A stretch of DNA of 36,957 bases from an uncultured Thermotogae bacterium (GCA_964635895.1 CAZWQN010000004.1:1-36957); one strand, 5' to 3'. Counted from the stretch's first letter, positions 17,775 through 26,644 are shown. Notes: generated by a model from the letters alone, not told the origin. Numbers and translations: made by a program.

Positions 17775-17850
17775 GTCACCTTGCGCGCCCCTCTGGGGAC
17801 CCGTGTCTCGGCCGGGGCGCGCGTCCGTCGTCCCGGGCCTTGCTTCTGGC

Positions 17851-18921
17851 TCAACGGGGGGGACTGAACCGGACGACGACCACGTCCCCGTCCTGGATCT
17901 CGTAGTCCCGGCCTTCGAGCCGCCTCTTTCCCGCCTTGGCCGCGGCGGCCTCGGATCCGCACTCGACCAGGTCTGCGTAGGCGATGACTTCCAGGCGGAT
18001 GAACCCTCGCTCCATGTCGGAGTGGATTCTCCCCGCCGCAGCGGGAGCCTTCTCCCCGCGCCGACAGGTCCACACGTGGACCTCCTTCTCGCCCGCGGTG
18101 AAGAAGTCCACCAGCCCGAGCTCGCGATAGGCGGCGTGGAGCAGTCGATCGATCGACAGCTCCTCGAGCCCGAGTTCGGCGAGGAACGGCTCCCGGTCGC
18201 TCGGCGCGAGCTCGCTGATGTCGGCCTCGTCGCGCCCGCACACGGCAATGACCTCGCAGCGCTCCGCCGACGCCCGCTCGCGGAGGGCGATGACGCCATC
18301 GCCCTCGACATCTCGTGGTGACCCGACGCTGGCGACGTAGAGAACCGGCTTCTGCGACATGAGGTGGCAGTCCGCGACGCTGGCTTGCTCCGCGTCCGCG
18401 AGCCCTTGGTTCCGCACGGGGGTCCCTGCGTGGAGACCACGGAGGACCCGGTTGCAGTCCGTGGCCTCGCGAACGGCATCCTTGTCCCCAACTCGAACTC
18501 GCTTCGCGAGGCGCTCGATCTTCCTCTCGATCGTCTGGGAGTCGGCGACCATCAGCTCGAGGTCGACGGCTTCGACGTCGTGAAGGGGACTCGGGGGCCG
18601 TTCAGGAGCTGCGAAACAACGGACGACATGGATCAGCGCGTCCGCCTCTTTGATGTGAGTCAGTAGGCGGGCGCCCCGCCCGCCCTCCGCTGTCGACCCA
18701 TGCGAAAGGCCGGGGATGTCGACGATCTCCACACTGGCGCGGACGATCTTGGGCGGGTGGTAGAGGTTCACGAGGCGAGCGACGCGTGGGTCCGGCACGG
18801 CGACAGTGGCGCGATGCGACTCTGCCCCGTCGAAGATCGACATGCCGGCCGACGTGACCGCGTTGTAGATCGTGGTCTTCCCACACCCGGGAACCCCGAC
18901 GAGACCACAACGAAGCGGCAT
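17851..18921 (-). CDS. ychF: ribosome-binding ATPase YchF/OLA1 family, divergent G-domain
   Basis: N-terminal P-loop GLVGVPGCGKTT, then DIPGL and HVVRCF. The C-terminal TGS-like block FFTAGEKEVHVWTCRRGEKAPAAAGRIHSDMERGFIRLEVI..LEGRDYEIQDGDVVVVRF closely matches the YchF C-terminus. Confidence 0.8.
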   Translation of the reverse strand: MPLRCGLVGVPGCGKTTIYNAVTSAGMSIFDGAESHRATVAVPDPRVARLVNLYHPPKIVRASVEIVDIPGLSHGSTAEGGRGARLLTHIKEADALIHVVRCFAAPERPPSPLHDVEAVDLELMVADSQTIERKIERLAKRVRVGDKDAVREATDCNRVLRGLHAGTPVRNQGLADAEQASVADCHLMSQKPVLYVASVGSPRDVEGDGVIALRERASAERCEVIAVCGRDEADISELAPSDREPFLAELGLEELSIDRLLHAAYRELGLVDFFTAGEKEVHVWTCRRGEKAPAAAGRIHSDMERGFIRLEVIAYADLVECGSEAAAAKAGKRRLEGRDYEIQDGDVVVVRFSPPR

Positions 18922-19014
18922 GGCGAGACGACCCCTTTTCGCTTGAGGATGAGAAACACGACGTACGGATGAGGCCGATTCTAGCGGCCGCCCCGTGCGA
19001 ACTCCAGGTCTCCC

Positions 19015-19686
19015 TTACAGCGGGCGTGGAACGAGGTACAGAAGGATCGCGACATAGTGGCACACGCTTCCGCCAAGCACGAACAAGTGCCAGATGGCGT
19101 GGTTGTACGGCAAGCGCTTCCACGCGTAGAAGACGACTCCGACCGTGTACGAGAGGCCGCCCGCCGCGACGTAGGCGATCGCCTCGTGCGGCACCCGAAT
19201 CCACGCCTCGCGGGCGGCGACAACGATCATCCACCCCATCGCGACGTACAGGACGACCGACGTCTTCTGAAGCCGGCCGATGAACAGGCTCTTGAAGACA
19301 ACCCCCGCGACGGCCAACGACCAAATCGCAATGAGGAGAGTGAGTCCCCATCGTCCCCACAGCGAAAGCAGCAGGAACGGGGTGTAGGTCCCCGCAATCA
19401 GAAGATAGACCGAGCAGTGGTCGAAGATTCGAAACACCCTCCGGGCTCGCGGAGGACGGAGAGCGTGGTAGAGGGTCGACGCCAGATGCAGGAGGAAGAG
19501 GGTGGCGCCGTACACCGTGAAGGCGACGACGTGACGAGCCGAACCCCCGAGCACGGCGTAGTAGAGCAGAAACGCTGTCCCTACAAGACTCAGCACGGCG
19601 CCGATGCCATGGGTCACGCTGTTGGCGATCTGCTCGCCGGGTGAGTACTCCGGGAGTTCGCAGCGGGACGACGCTTCCTTGTTCAT
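19015..19686 (-). CDS. hemolysin-III / PAQR family membrane protein
   Basis: From ATG 19686: EQIANSVTHGIGAVLS, TLYHAL, FDHCSVYLLIAGTYTP and YNHAIWHLFVLGGS, with seven hydrophobic segments. The 450-aa track ORF upstream extension is Arg/Pro-rich junk. Confidence 0.85.
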   Translation of the reverse strand: MNKEASSRCELPEYSPGEQIANSVTHGIGAVLSLVGTAFLLYYAVLGGSARHVVAFTVYGATLFLLHLASTLYHALRPPRARRVFRIFDHCSVYLLIAGTYTPFLLLSLWGRWGLTLLIAIWSLAVAGVVFKSLFIGRLQKTSVVLYVAMGWMIVVAAREAWIRVPHEAIAYVAAGGLSYTVGVVFYAWKRLPYNHAIWHLFVLGGSVCHYVAILLYLVPRPL

Positions 19687-19739
19687 CCGCCCGATCGTAC
19701 CCACAACGCGCCGCCGCGTCTCCCCGGTACGCCGGACGG

Positions 19740-20507
19740 CTAGCCGCCTACGTTTCGCTGGTAGAGAACCGAGTTTCCACGTCGGCCCGTCGGTACGAGG
19801 ATGCCCATTCCCCGGAGGACGTAGGCGATCTTCTGAGCCATCCACCGGGGCTGTCCGATGGATTGAGCGAGATCCGCCGTCGTGAACGGTTCCTCGAGTT
19901 CGGCGGGGACGACCGCAAGGTAGTCGGCCGGATGGTGGAACGACAAGCAGTCGACGACCTCGACGAGGTGGCGCTCCTCGCGGAACGAGCCCCTTCTTCC
20001 GCGAGGAGATGCGCTGGCCCGTCGAAGCTCCGTCTCGTGGATCAGCAGCGCGTCGATCGATAGGTTCGTGTCCCCGAGAAGGTCGCGGAGGGAGACGAGC
20101 TCCCGAAATGCGTCCACGGCACGGCCATGCCGCGGAGACGTTCGAGCCCGTCGGTCGCGGTGCGGCTCGTCGAGGCGGACGATTGTGCGCACGGCGGGAA
20201 TGGGGAGGACCAGACGAACCCGACGGTGCTTCAGCAGCGCGCGCAGCTTGCGCTCGAGCCCCGACGCTGATCCCGTTTGGATCTCGATCGCCGTCTCTCC
20301 GCGAAGGATGTCGACGACGAACCCGTCCACCAAGACCTCGAATCGGTCCCCCTCCTCCGCGAGCCACGCCTTGAGCGCTGCGTGCAGCGGCTTCTCGTTC
20401 AGCGTGCCGATGTGAGGCGCACTCCCGCTCGGGGACCCTCGTCCCCGGCAGCGCCTTCGAGCGGCCTCCGGGTCTGTCTCGTCTCTTCTTTGGACCGCCT
20501 CATCCAC
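19740..20507 (-). CDS. hypothetical protein: PD-(D/E)xK-nuclease-like N-terminal half, wHTH-like C-terminus
   Basis: GTG 20507 has AGAGGT eight nt upstream. IGTLNEKPLHAALKAWL..FEVLVDGFVVDILRGETAIEIQT..LVLPIP shows a D..E-x-Q/K arrangement reminiscent of restriction-endonuclease-fold proteins. The C-terminus FTTADLAQSIGQPRWMAQKIAYVLRGMGIL is HTH-like. Family assignment is inference. Confidence 0.6.
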   Translation of the reverse strand: MDEAVQRRDETDPEAARRRCRGRGSPSGSAPHIGTLNEKPLHAALKAWLAEEGDRFEVLVDGFVVDILRGETAIEIQTGSASGLERKLRALLKHRRVRLVLPIPAVRTIVRLDEPHRDRRARTSPRHGRAVDAFRELVSLRDLLGDTNLSIDALLIHETELRRASASPRGRRGSFREERHLVEVVDCLSFHHPADYLAVVPAELEEPFTTADLAQSIGQPRWMAQKIAYVLRGMGILVPTGRRGNSVLYQRNVGG

Positions 20508-20607
20508 GAGCGATGACCTCTTTCGAGCTGCCGAAGCACTCGCTGCGCGTCAAGCAAGAACTAGCTCATCCCGCTGCTCGAGCCGCCCGGTCGCACGTAG
20601 GGCCCGG

Positions 20608-21321
20608 CTATGTGGCCGACCGGCGTGCCTGTCCGATCCGGTCGATGAGATCGTAGACGAAGCCGCATTGCCCGGGGAACAGCAAGAGGAGCGCGAGCGC
20701 CCGATCCCGGTCGCCGGCGGGCAGGCGCGGCGCCCCGGCTTGATCGCGGGACAGAAGGATCACCGTCTCCAGCTCGCCAAGCTGCGGGTCGACGTCGCGG
20801 ACGGCGTCCGGGGGCAGATCCAGTCGGGCCAGCTGCTTCCGCATCGCATCGAACGAGAGGTTGCCCGCGTCCGTGCGGAGCGCCGCGGTGAGTGCCGCGC
20901 AGAGATCCTCGGCGGCGCGGGCCAAGAGGACGACGACAACGCGGAACAGCCCTCGGGTGTACGCGAGCTGCGCGTCACGGCCGCTCTCGACGACGAGGGT
21001 CGACGCACGTCCTTGGGACTGCTCCGTGATGCGAGCGACGTATGCGTCCGAATCGTGGACGAGAACGGCCCCGCCCTCGAGGCTCTGGGCGCCGTACTCC
21101 GTCACGTGGACGAACGGCAGGTGGAGGTTGAGCGAGTTCTTGCCGGGAGCGAGGACTCCCTGAACGAGGAGGTCCCAGACGATCTCGTGCACCAGCAGCG
21201 CGTCGGCGCGCTCGTACTCCGTCACTCGTTGCCGGATCTCGTTCTCGATCGCGTGAAGGTGGGTTTGTGGGGTCCTGCGAAGGATCTCGAACACCACCGG
21301 TCGCAACGATGCCTTGTCCAT
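20608..21321 (-). CDS. hypothetical protein (unknown function)
   Basis: 237-aa ORF. ATG 21321 has GGGAGG four nt upstream. The composition is ordinary and I recognised no catalytic motif. Confidence 0.6.
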   Translation of the reverse strand: MDKASLRPVVFEILRRTPQTHLHAIENEIRQRVTEYERADALLVHEIVWDLLVQGVLAPGKNSLNLHLPFVHVTEYGAQSLEGGAVLVHDSDAYVARITEQSQGRASTLVVESGRDAQLAYTRGLFRVVVVLLARAAEDLCAALTAALRTDAGNLSFDAMRKQLARLDLPPDAVRDVDPQLGELETVILLSRDQAGAPRLPAGDRDRALALLLLFPGQCGFVYDLIDRIGQARRSAT

Positions 21322-21439
21322 GAGCCCTCCCGTGCGCGGCCCCGCGAAGCGCGAGAGGATAGCGTTCCGGGGAACCGGGCCACAACTCGAGTAGTTGTCG
21401 ACCTCTTCCGCAGGGCGTATCGTTGCCTCCGGTGAGGCT

Positions 21440-22501
21440 ATGGCAAGGTTCGTGAGGCAGACAGAGCGAACGGCTGGGCAGCTCCCCGGCGCCCTGGTTC
21501 ACGTTGGGGATGCACGCCCGGAGACGATCTGTCTGACGCTGTTCCGGTTCGACGAAACGACGTTCGAGGAAACCCACCCGGAGCTCTCGTGCGCCCTGCC
21601 CACGAACGGACCGACCGGAGTCCTGTGGCTGAATGTCGACGGCGTGCACGACGCAGCGGTCGTCGAGGAGATCGGGCGGATGGGCGACATTCACCCGCTC
21701 CTCCTTGAGGACATCATGCACACCCTGCAGCACCCGAAACTGGAGGACTACGGCTCGCTCCTGTTCGCATCCTTGCGCATGCTTCAATACCACGAGGAAC
21801 GTCGGGAGATCGAAGACGAGCAGGTGAGCCTCGTGCTCGGCGCGTCGTGGCTCGTCTCGTTTCAGGAGACGCCGGGTGACGTGTTCAATTCCGTCCGGGA
21901 GCGGATTCGAAACGGGCGCGGCCGCCTTCGCCGCGCTGGGGCCGACTACCTCTTCTATTCCCTGATCGATGCGATCGTCGACAACTACTTCGTCGTGCTG
22001 GAGCACATCGGGGACTGGGTCGAGGAAGTCTACGAGCACGTGACGCGGTCCCCGGCGCAGTCGGACGTGGACGAGATTCGTCTCCTGCAGCGCGAGCTTC
22101 TCTACCTGCGGAAGTCCGTGTGGCCGCTGCGGGAAGTGCTGAGCTCCCTAGAGCGCGGCGACTCCCCTCTTCTCGCTCCCGAGACGCTGCCGTACGTCCG
22201 CGACGCCTACGACCACGCCGTTCAGATCATCGACACAGTGGAGACGTTCCGCGAGATGTTGAGCAGCGTGATGGATGTCTACCTGTCGAGCCTCAGCAAC
22301 CGGATGAACGAAGTCATGAAGGTACTGACCATCATCGCCACCCTCTTCATGCCGTTGTCGTTCGTCACCGGGGTGTACGGGATGAACTTCCGGTGGATGC
22401 CAGGGCTGGGGTCGCGGTACGGCTACTTCGCCGTCGTGGGATTCATGAGTCTGATGGCGCTCGGGATGCTCTATTACTTCCGTCGGCGACGCTGGCTGTA
22501 G
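21440..22501 (+). CDS. corA: CorA-family magnesium/cobalt transporter
   Basis: C-terminal TM pair with the signature GVYGMNF (YGMN motif). The cytoplasmic N-domain is typical (HPLLLEDI..). ATG 21440 is preferred over the track start at 21395. Confidence 0.9.
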   Translation: MARFVRQTERTAGQLPGALVHVGDARPETICLTLFRFDETTFEETHPELSCALPTNGPTGVLWLNVDGVHDAAVVEEIGRMGDIHPLLLEDIMHTLQHPKLEDYGSLLFASLRMLQYHEERREIEDEQVSLVLGASWLVSFQETPGDVFNSVRERIRNGRGRLRRAGADYLFYSLIDAIVDNYFVVLEHIGDWVEEVYEHVTRSPAQSDVDEIRLLQRELLYLRKSVWPLREVLSSLERGDSPLLAPETLPYVRDAYDHAVQIIDTVETFREMLSSVMDVYLSSLSNRMNEVMKVLTIIATLFMPLSFVTGVYGMNFRWMPGLGSRYGYFAVVGFMSLMALGMLYYFRRRRWL

Positions 22502-22660
22502 CTCCAGACGAAGAAAGGCGGAAAGCCTCCTCGAGGCTCTCCACCCTTCGCCGCGCTGTCCCCTGCCGAACCTGCAGGGAAGACACCGCCTGACTAGGAG
22601 AGTGCGGCTTCGACCGAGAGGCGCCGGTCTGTTCCCAGCGTCGCTCGATCTCTGGCGCCG

Positions 22661-22873
22661 CTAGATGTAGTCGTCCTCCTCTTCCTCTTCGTCGAGGTCG
22701 TCCTCTTCGTCGAGGTCGTCATCCTCCTCGATCCACTCCAGCCGGATCGGATCTTCGTCGACGACCTCGAGCAATGCCTCGCACTCCTCGCACCGGAGGC
22801 GGTTGAACAGGGAAAGCTCGTCCTTGTCCACATCGAACACCGCGTCGCACACAGGGCAGATCACTTTGCTCAT
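22661..22873 (-). CDS. LysW-like zinc-ribbon protein (amino-group carrier protein family) with an extended polyacidic tail
   Basis: MSKVICPVCDAVFDVDKDELSLFNRLRCEECEALLEVVDEDPIRLEWIEEDDDLDEEDDLDEEEEEDDYI. The CPxC...CxxC spacing and LEVV..DP.RLE follow the LysW pattern. ATG 22873 has GGAGGG upstream. Confidence 0.7.
   Translation of the reverse strand: MSKVICPVCDAVFDVDKDELSLFNRLRCEECEALLEVVDEDPIRLEWIEEDDDLDEEDDLDEEEEEDDYI
22685..22720. repeat. perfect tandem duplication of an 18-bp unit (CTCTTCGTCGAGGTCGTC x2)
   Basis: 22685-22702 and 22703-22720 are identical. On the minus strand they encode DDLDEE twice within the acidic tail of the LysW-like gene. Confidence 0.9.
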
Positions 22874-23258
22874 GTTCCCTCCACGAAGCCACCCTTCCTG
22901 GTGGTGAAGGACCCAGCCCACCGGAAGCGCATCTTCTCCAACATCGACCGCTCTTGCCAGTCTACAGCTTCGTCATCACCTCCGACCGCAGGCCGCGCCG
23001 CCTCTCCCGCCCAGCTTGCGCGCCGCTTCGTCGCATCCTCCGGCATTCCCTCCCTCCGCTGTCATTCTCTCCTCGCATCTCTACGCTCGGTCGGTGTGGG
23101 TTCACGAAGTGAAGAGCCACTCTGCGATAGAGGCACGCAGGATAGCGGCTTCGGCCGCCGGGAGTCAATAGGCGCACGCGTGCCGTGTGTCCCACTTCGT
23201 CCAATGGGCGCGTGCGGGCACGTCTCAAAGGACACGAATTCCGTTGCGCGGCTTCGGT

Positions 23259-24626
23259 TCATCGACGCGCTCCTGAGTTGCGCGCGATCGGGATGGTCAT
23301 GACATCGATCGTCAAGGCGGCGAGAAGGCGAACTGCCAGTCCGAGCGCCCGTTCGTCGAAGTCGAACACGGGGGTGTGTGCGCCGAGCACGCGAGAGCGA
23401 TCGGGGTCGTCCCAGCAAACGCCGTGGAGGTCCGCGCCGATGCCGATGTTTGTCGCCAGGCCCCCGCGGGCCTGAACTCGGCGCATCATCTCCGTGAAGT
23501 CCTCGCTTCCACCCATTCGCTTCACGTCGTGGAAGGTGCACTCCCCCAGTTCGGCGCCGACTTCCTTGACTCGCCCGACCAGCACAGCGTCGCTCGCAGC
23601 GGTCGCCGCTTCGCCCATAGGGCGGACGCGCGCCTCACAGCCGAACATGGCCGCGGAGGATTCGACGACGCGAACGGCGCGCTCGTACATCGAATCGCAT
23701 AGGGCTGACGTTTCCCCGCGCACCTCCGCCACGAGGAGGGCGCGGTCGGGGATGATGTTCCGTGCGGTTCCCGCTTCGAGGCGTCCGACGTTCACCCGCG
23801 TGAACCCGGAGCGGTGACGAGGCAGCGCATGGAGCCCAACGGCGGCGTTGGCCGCCGCCAGGAGTGCATTGCGGCCCTGCTCAGGGGCGCCCCCGGCGTG
23901 GGCCGCCTCGCCTTCAAACGTCACGTCGAACTTGCGGGTCGCCGCGTATCCGCCCATCCCGGCGGCGGTCTCCCCCAGGCCCCATCCACTGAACACGTGG
24001 TGTCCGATGAGAACGTCCGCGTCGTCCAGGTGACCGGCCTCCACGATCGAGCGAGCTCCGCGGACCCCTTCCTCCGCCGGCTGGAAAACCAATTTGACGG
24101 TCCCTCGCAGCGAGCGGCGCAGTTCGGCGAACACGCCGGCCAACCCCAGCCCAACGGCGGCGTGCCCATCGTGTCCGCACGCGTGGCAGCTCCCCGGGTT
24201 CTGTGACGCGAACCCTTCGCGGACCGGGCGGTGAGTGAGCGACTCGCTCTCGATCAGATCGAGGGCGTCGATGTCGAACCGGAGGGCGACCGTCGGACCG
24301 TCTCCGCTCCCGAGCGATGCTACGACCCCCGTGAATCCACCGCGCGCGGCTTCGATGTACTCCGGGTCGCCGCCTTGAGCGATCGCCCGGGCGCTGTGCT
24401 TCTCGAGGACCTCCTCCGGGGGTACGCCCATTCGCGCGTCGGCCGCGCAGACGCTCCGCCCCGCGAGGACCTCGAAGCCGAGCTCCTTGAGGCGACGCGC
24501 GATTCTCGACGACGTCCGGAACTCGGTCCAGCCGGACTCGGGGTACCGATGGAAGTCCCGGCGATCCGTCACCAGACGCTCCGCGGACGTGGCTCGCTCG
24601 ATGGATTGAATGAGGTCGCGGTTCAC
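23259..24626 (-). CDS. M20-family amidohydrolase/carboxypeptidase (M20D, hippurate-hydrolase/AbgA-like)
   Basis: SCHACGHDGH, FQPAEEG and the dimerisation insert are characteristic of M20D amidohydrolases. GTG 24626 lies 7 nt after the M29 stop. Confidence 0.85.
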   Translation of the reverse strand: MNRDLIQSIERATSAERLVTDRRDFHRYPESGWTEFRTSSRIARRLKELGFEVLAGRSVCAADARMGVPPEEVLEKHSARAIAQGGDPEYIEAARGGFTGVVASLGSGDGPTVALRFDIDALDLIESESLTHRPVREGFASQNPGSCHACGHDGHAAVGLGLAGVFAELRRSLRGTVKLVFQPAEEGVRGARSIVEAGHLDDADVLIGHHVFSGWGLGETAAGMGGYAATRKFDVTFEGEAAHAGGAPEQGRNALLAAANAAVGLHALPRHRSGFTRVNVGRLEAGTARNIIPDRALLVAEVRGETSALCDSMYERAVRVVESSAAMFGCEARVRPMGEAATAASDAVLVGRVKEVGAELGECTFHDVKRMGGSEDFTEMMRRVQARGGLATNIGIGADLHGVCWDDPDRSRVLGAHTPVFDFDERALGLAVRLLAALTIDVMTIPIARNSGARR

Positions 24627-24633
24627 GGTGCGT

Positions 24634-25743
24634 TCACTCGCCGATCAGGAACCGGCCGCTGTCGTAGATCAGTGTGTCGTCCACGTGAATCCGGCCGCCC
24701 TTCGTCAGATCGCAGACGATGTCCCAGTGGATCGCCGACTCGTTCCGACTCCCGGTCTCGGGCATTCCTGCGCCAAGCGCCATGTGGAAGCTGCCGTTGA
24801 TCTTCTCGTCGAACAGCGTGTTTCCTGTCGCTCGTGTGATCCCCCGGTTCGTGCCCACGGCGAACTCCCCCACATAGCGCGCCCCCGCGTCGACGTCGAG
24901 CGTTTTCTGGAGGAACTCCTCCCCCGTGTCGGCCTCGGCTCGAACGACCTTGCCCTTCTCGAACCAGAGTCGAACTCCGTCGACCTTCCGCCCTTGGTAC
25001 ACCGTCGGGTACGAGAACCGGACGTGCCCCTCGACGCTGTCCTCCACGGGCCCTGTGAAGATCTCCCCGTCCGGCATGTTGTTCTTGCCGTCGCAGTTCT
25101 TGAACGTTCGTCCCGCGATCGTCATGCGCAGATCGACGTCCGGACCCTCGACGCGAAGCTTCTTCTTCCCGTCGAGCCAGTTGACGAGCTTCTGCTGCCA
25201 GATCGAGAGCTTCTTCCAAACCGCGACCGGATCCTCGAGGTCCGGCAGGCACGCGCCGTACACGAAGTCCTCGTACTCATGGAGCCCCATCTCGGCGTCC
25301 TGCGCGTAGGCTTCCGTTGGGTACAGCGTGCCGACCCATCGGAGTTCCTGCGTGGCCACTCGCTGCATGAACGTTCGGAAGATGTCCTTCGTCGCCTGGT
25401 TCGACAAGACGAGCTTCTCCGGGGGAACGCTCGTCAGGGACTTCGTGTTGTCGGAACTCCAGAAGGTGATCATCGCGTCGTACGACTCGTAGATGACGCG
25501 GGTGGGTTCGGGAACGTGGCGGAGCTGCGCGTCCGAGGCGTGCCGGAAGACGAGTTCGTCCAGGTCGGGGACCGTCATTCGCGTGTAGGGGTGTCCGCCC
25601 GATCGGAGAACCTCTACGACGACCGCCTTGATGAGCGGGATCGCCGTGGGTCCCCCCTGAATGAACACGGTGTCGTTCGGCCGGACGCCGACCGAGTATC
25701 GGACCAACACCTCGGCCAACTTGGCGATGCGAGGGTCGAACAT
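24634..25743 (-). CDS. M29-family aminopeptidase (AmpS/PepS/aminopeptidase T-like)
   Basis: MFDPRIAKLAEVLVRYSVGV..GD, NMPDGEIFTGP, EFAVGTN, DEKINGSFHMALG and HWDIV are M29 blocks. ATG 25743 has GGAGGAGG seven nt upstream. Confidence 0.85.
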   Translation of the reverse strand: MFDPRIAKLAEVLVRYSVGVRPNDTVFIQGGPTAIPLIKAVVVEVLRSGGHPYTRMTVPDLDELVFRHASDAQLRHVPEPTRVIYESYDAMITFWSSDNTKSLTSVPPEKLVLSNQATKDIFRTFMQRVATQELRWVGTLYPTEAYAQDAEMGLHEYEDFVYGACLPDLEDPVAVWKKLSIWQQKLVNWLDGKKKLRVEGPDVDLRMTIAGRTFKNCDGKNNMPDGEIFTGPVEDSVEGHVRFSYPTVYQGRKVDGVRLWFEKGKVVRAEADTGEEFLQKTLDVDAGARYVGEFAVGTNRGITRATGNTLFDEKINGSFHMALGAGMPETGSRNESAIHWDIVCDLTKGGRIHVDDTLIYDSGRFLIGE

Positions 25744-25830
25744 CGGATTGCCTCCTCCGAGCAGGTGCCGGGCTTCTTCCGCCCGATCAGACCTCCTTGA
25801 CGGTATCGGGTCACGTCTCCCTAAACAAGA

Positions 25831-26607
25831 TCAAACCTCTGCAAGAGAGAGGTCCCGCGCCGTGGATACCCGCACGCCTTCTGGGAGAACGGCGATGCGT
25901 CGTCGTCCGCCTCCATACGCTCGCGATGTGAAGATCGTCAAGCAGCGGTCTCCGAACAAGTACGTCGGAGCATCCGGCTGGTGCGATCGGACCAGCACGG
26001 GCACGCCCAAGCGGCGAGACCGCTCCTCGAACGTGGCCGCACCGTACGTCGGGCGCCCCGTGACCGTGATGGGTGCCTCCGCGTGGGCGTCGCTTCGCCA
26101 GTCGCCCCATGTGATGTCCCGCCACTCCGGAGAGCCAAGCTCGACATCCTCGATGGCGTCGAGGCATGGCAGATCGGGGAGCGCGCCATGGAGAGCCAGG
26201 ACGCCCGCGGGGTGCCACGCGGCGAAGGGAAGCCGAGGGAGAACTCGGTCGAGCGCCGCCTCCTCGTCCGGGGCCAGGCTCTCCCAGAAATCGGCCGGCG
26301 AGAACCTCGCCACGCTCCACGCCTCGTGGTTCCCCATCAGGAGGATCGTCCGCTCGGGATCTGCAGACACTGCGGCGAGAATTCGTCCCAGGTTCTCTCT
26401 CGATCGCGGACCGCGGTCAACCGAGTCCCCGAGGAAGACGATGGCCGTGTCCGGCGCGGAGAACCGCCGGAGAACCTCCTCGGTCGCGTTGAGATCCCCG
26501 TGCGTGTCTCCGACGAACACCGCCCGTCGATCCGGACGAAGTCGGACCACCCGGCGCTGCGCGCGGAGCACAGGCTCCGCCGCGCGAAGGACTTCGAGGA
26601 ACTCCAG
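25831..26607 (-). CDS. PPP-type metallophosphoesterase (Ser/Thr phosphatase-like); start unresolved
   Basis: GDTHGD, GDSVDRG and GNHE motifs. The only ATG (26775) would overlap mscL by 131 nt. Candidate non-ATG starts are CTG 26607 (after GGAGAAGGGAG) and GTG 26571. Confidence 0.75.
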   Translation of the reverse strand: MEFLEVLRAAEPVLRAQRRVVRLRPDRRAVFVGDTHGDLNATEEVLRRFSAPDTAIVFLGDSVDRGPRSRENLGRILAAVSADPERTILLMGNHEAWSVARFSPADFWESLAPDEEAALDRVLPRLPFAAWHPAGVLALHGALPDLPCLDAIEDVELGSPEWRDITWGDWRSDAHAEAPITVTGRPTYGAATFEERSRRLGVPVLVRSHQPDAPTYLFGDRCLTIFTSRAYGGGRRRIAVLPEGVRVSTARDLSLAEV

Positions 26608-26644
26608 CGTCGCTCCCTTCTCCGGTCTCCTGTTCCTGAGTGAG

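Noticed and set aside
21322-21439. Possible Mg2+ (M-box) riboswitch upstream of corA; small inverted repeat ACAACT-cgagt-AGTTGT at 21382-21398
   Set aside because: The 118-nt spacer is too short for an M-box and I saw none of its conserved elements. The 6-bp repeat alone is weak evidence for an operator.
22976-23065. 29-codon Gly-rich minus-strand mini-ORF (MTAEGGNAGGCDEAARKLGGRGGAACGRR) upstream of the LysW-like gene, considered as a possible precursor peptide
   Set aside because: The AGGAGAG sits too close to the ATG. The third-position G/C bias is weaker than in real genes here. There is no supporting modification enzyme, so it cannot be distinguished from chance.
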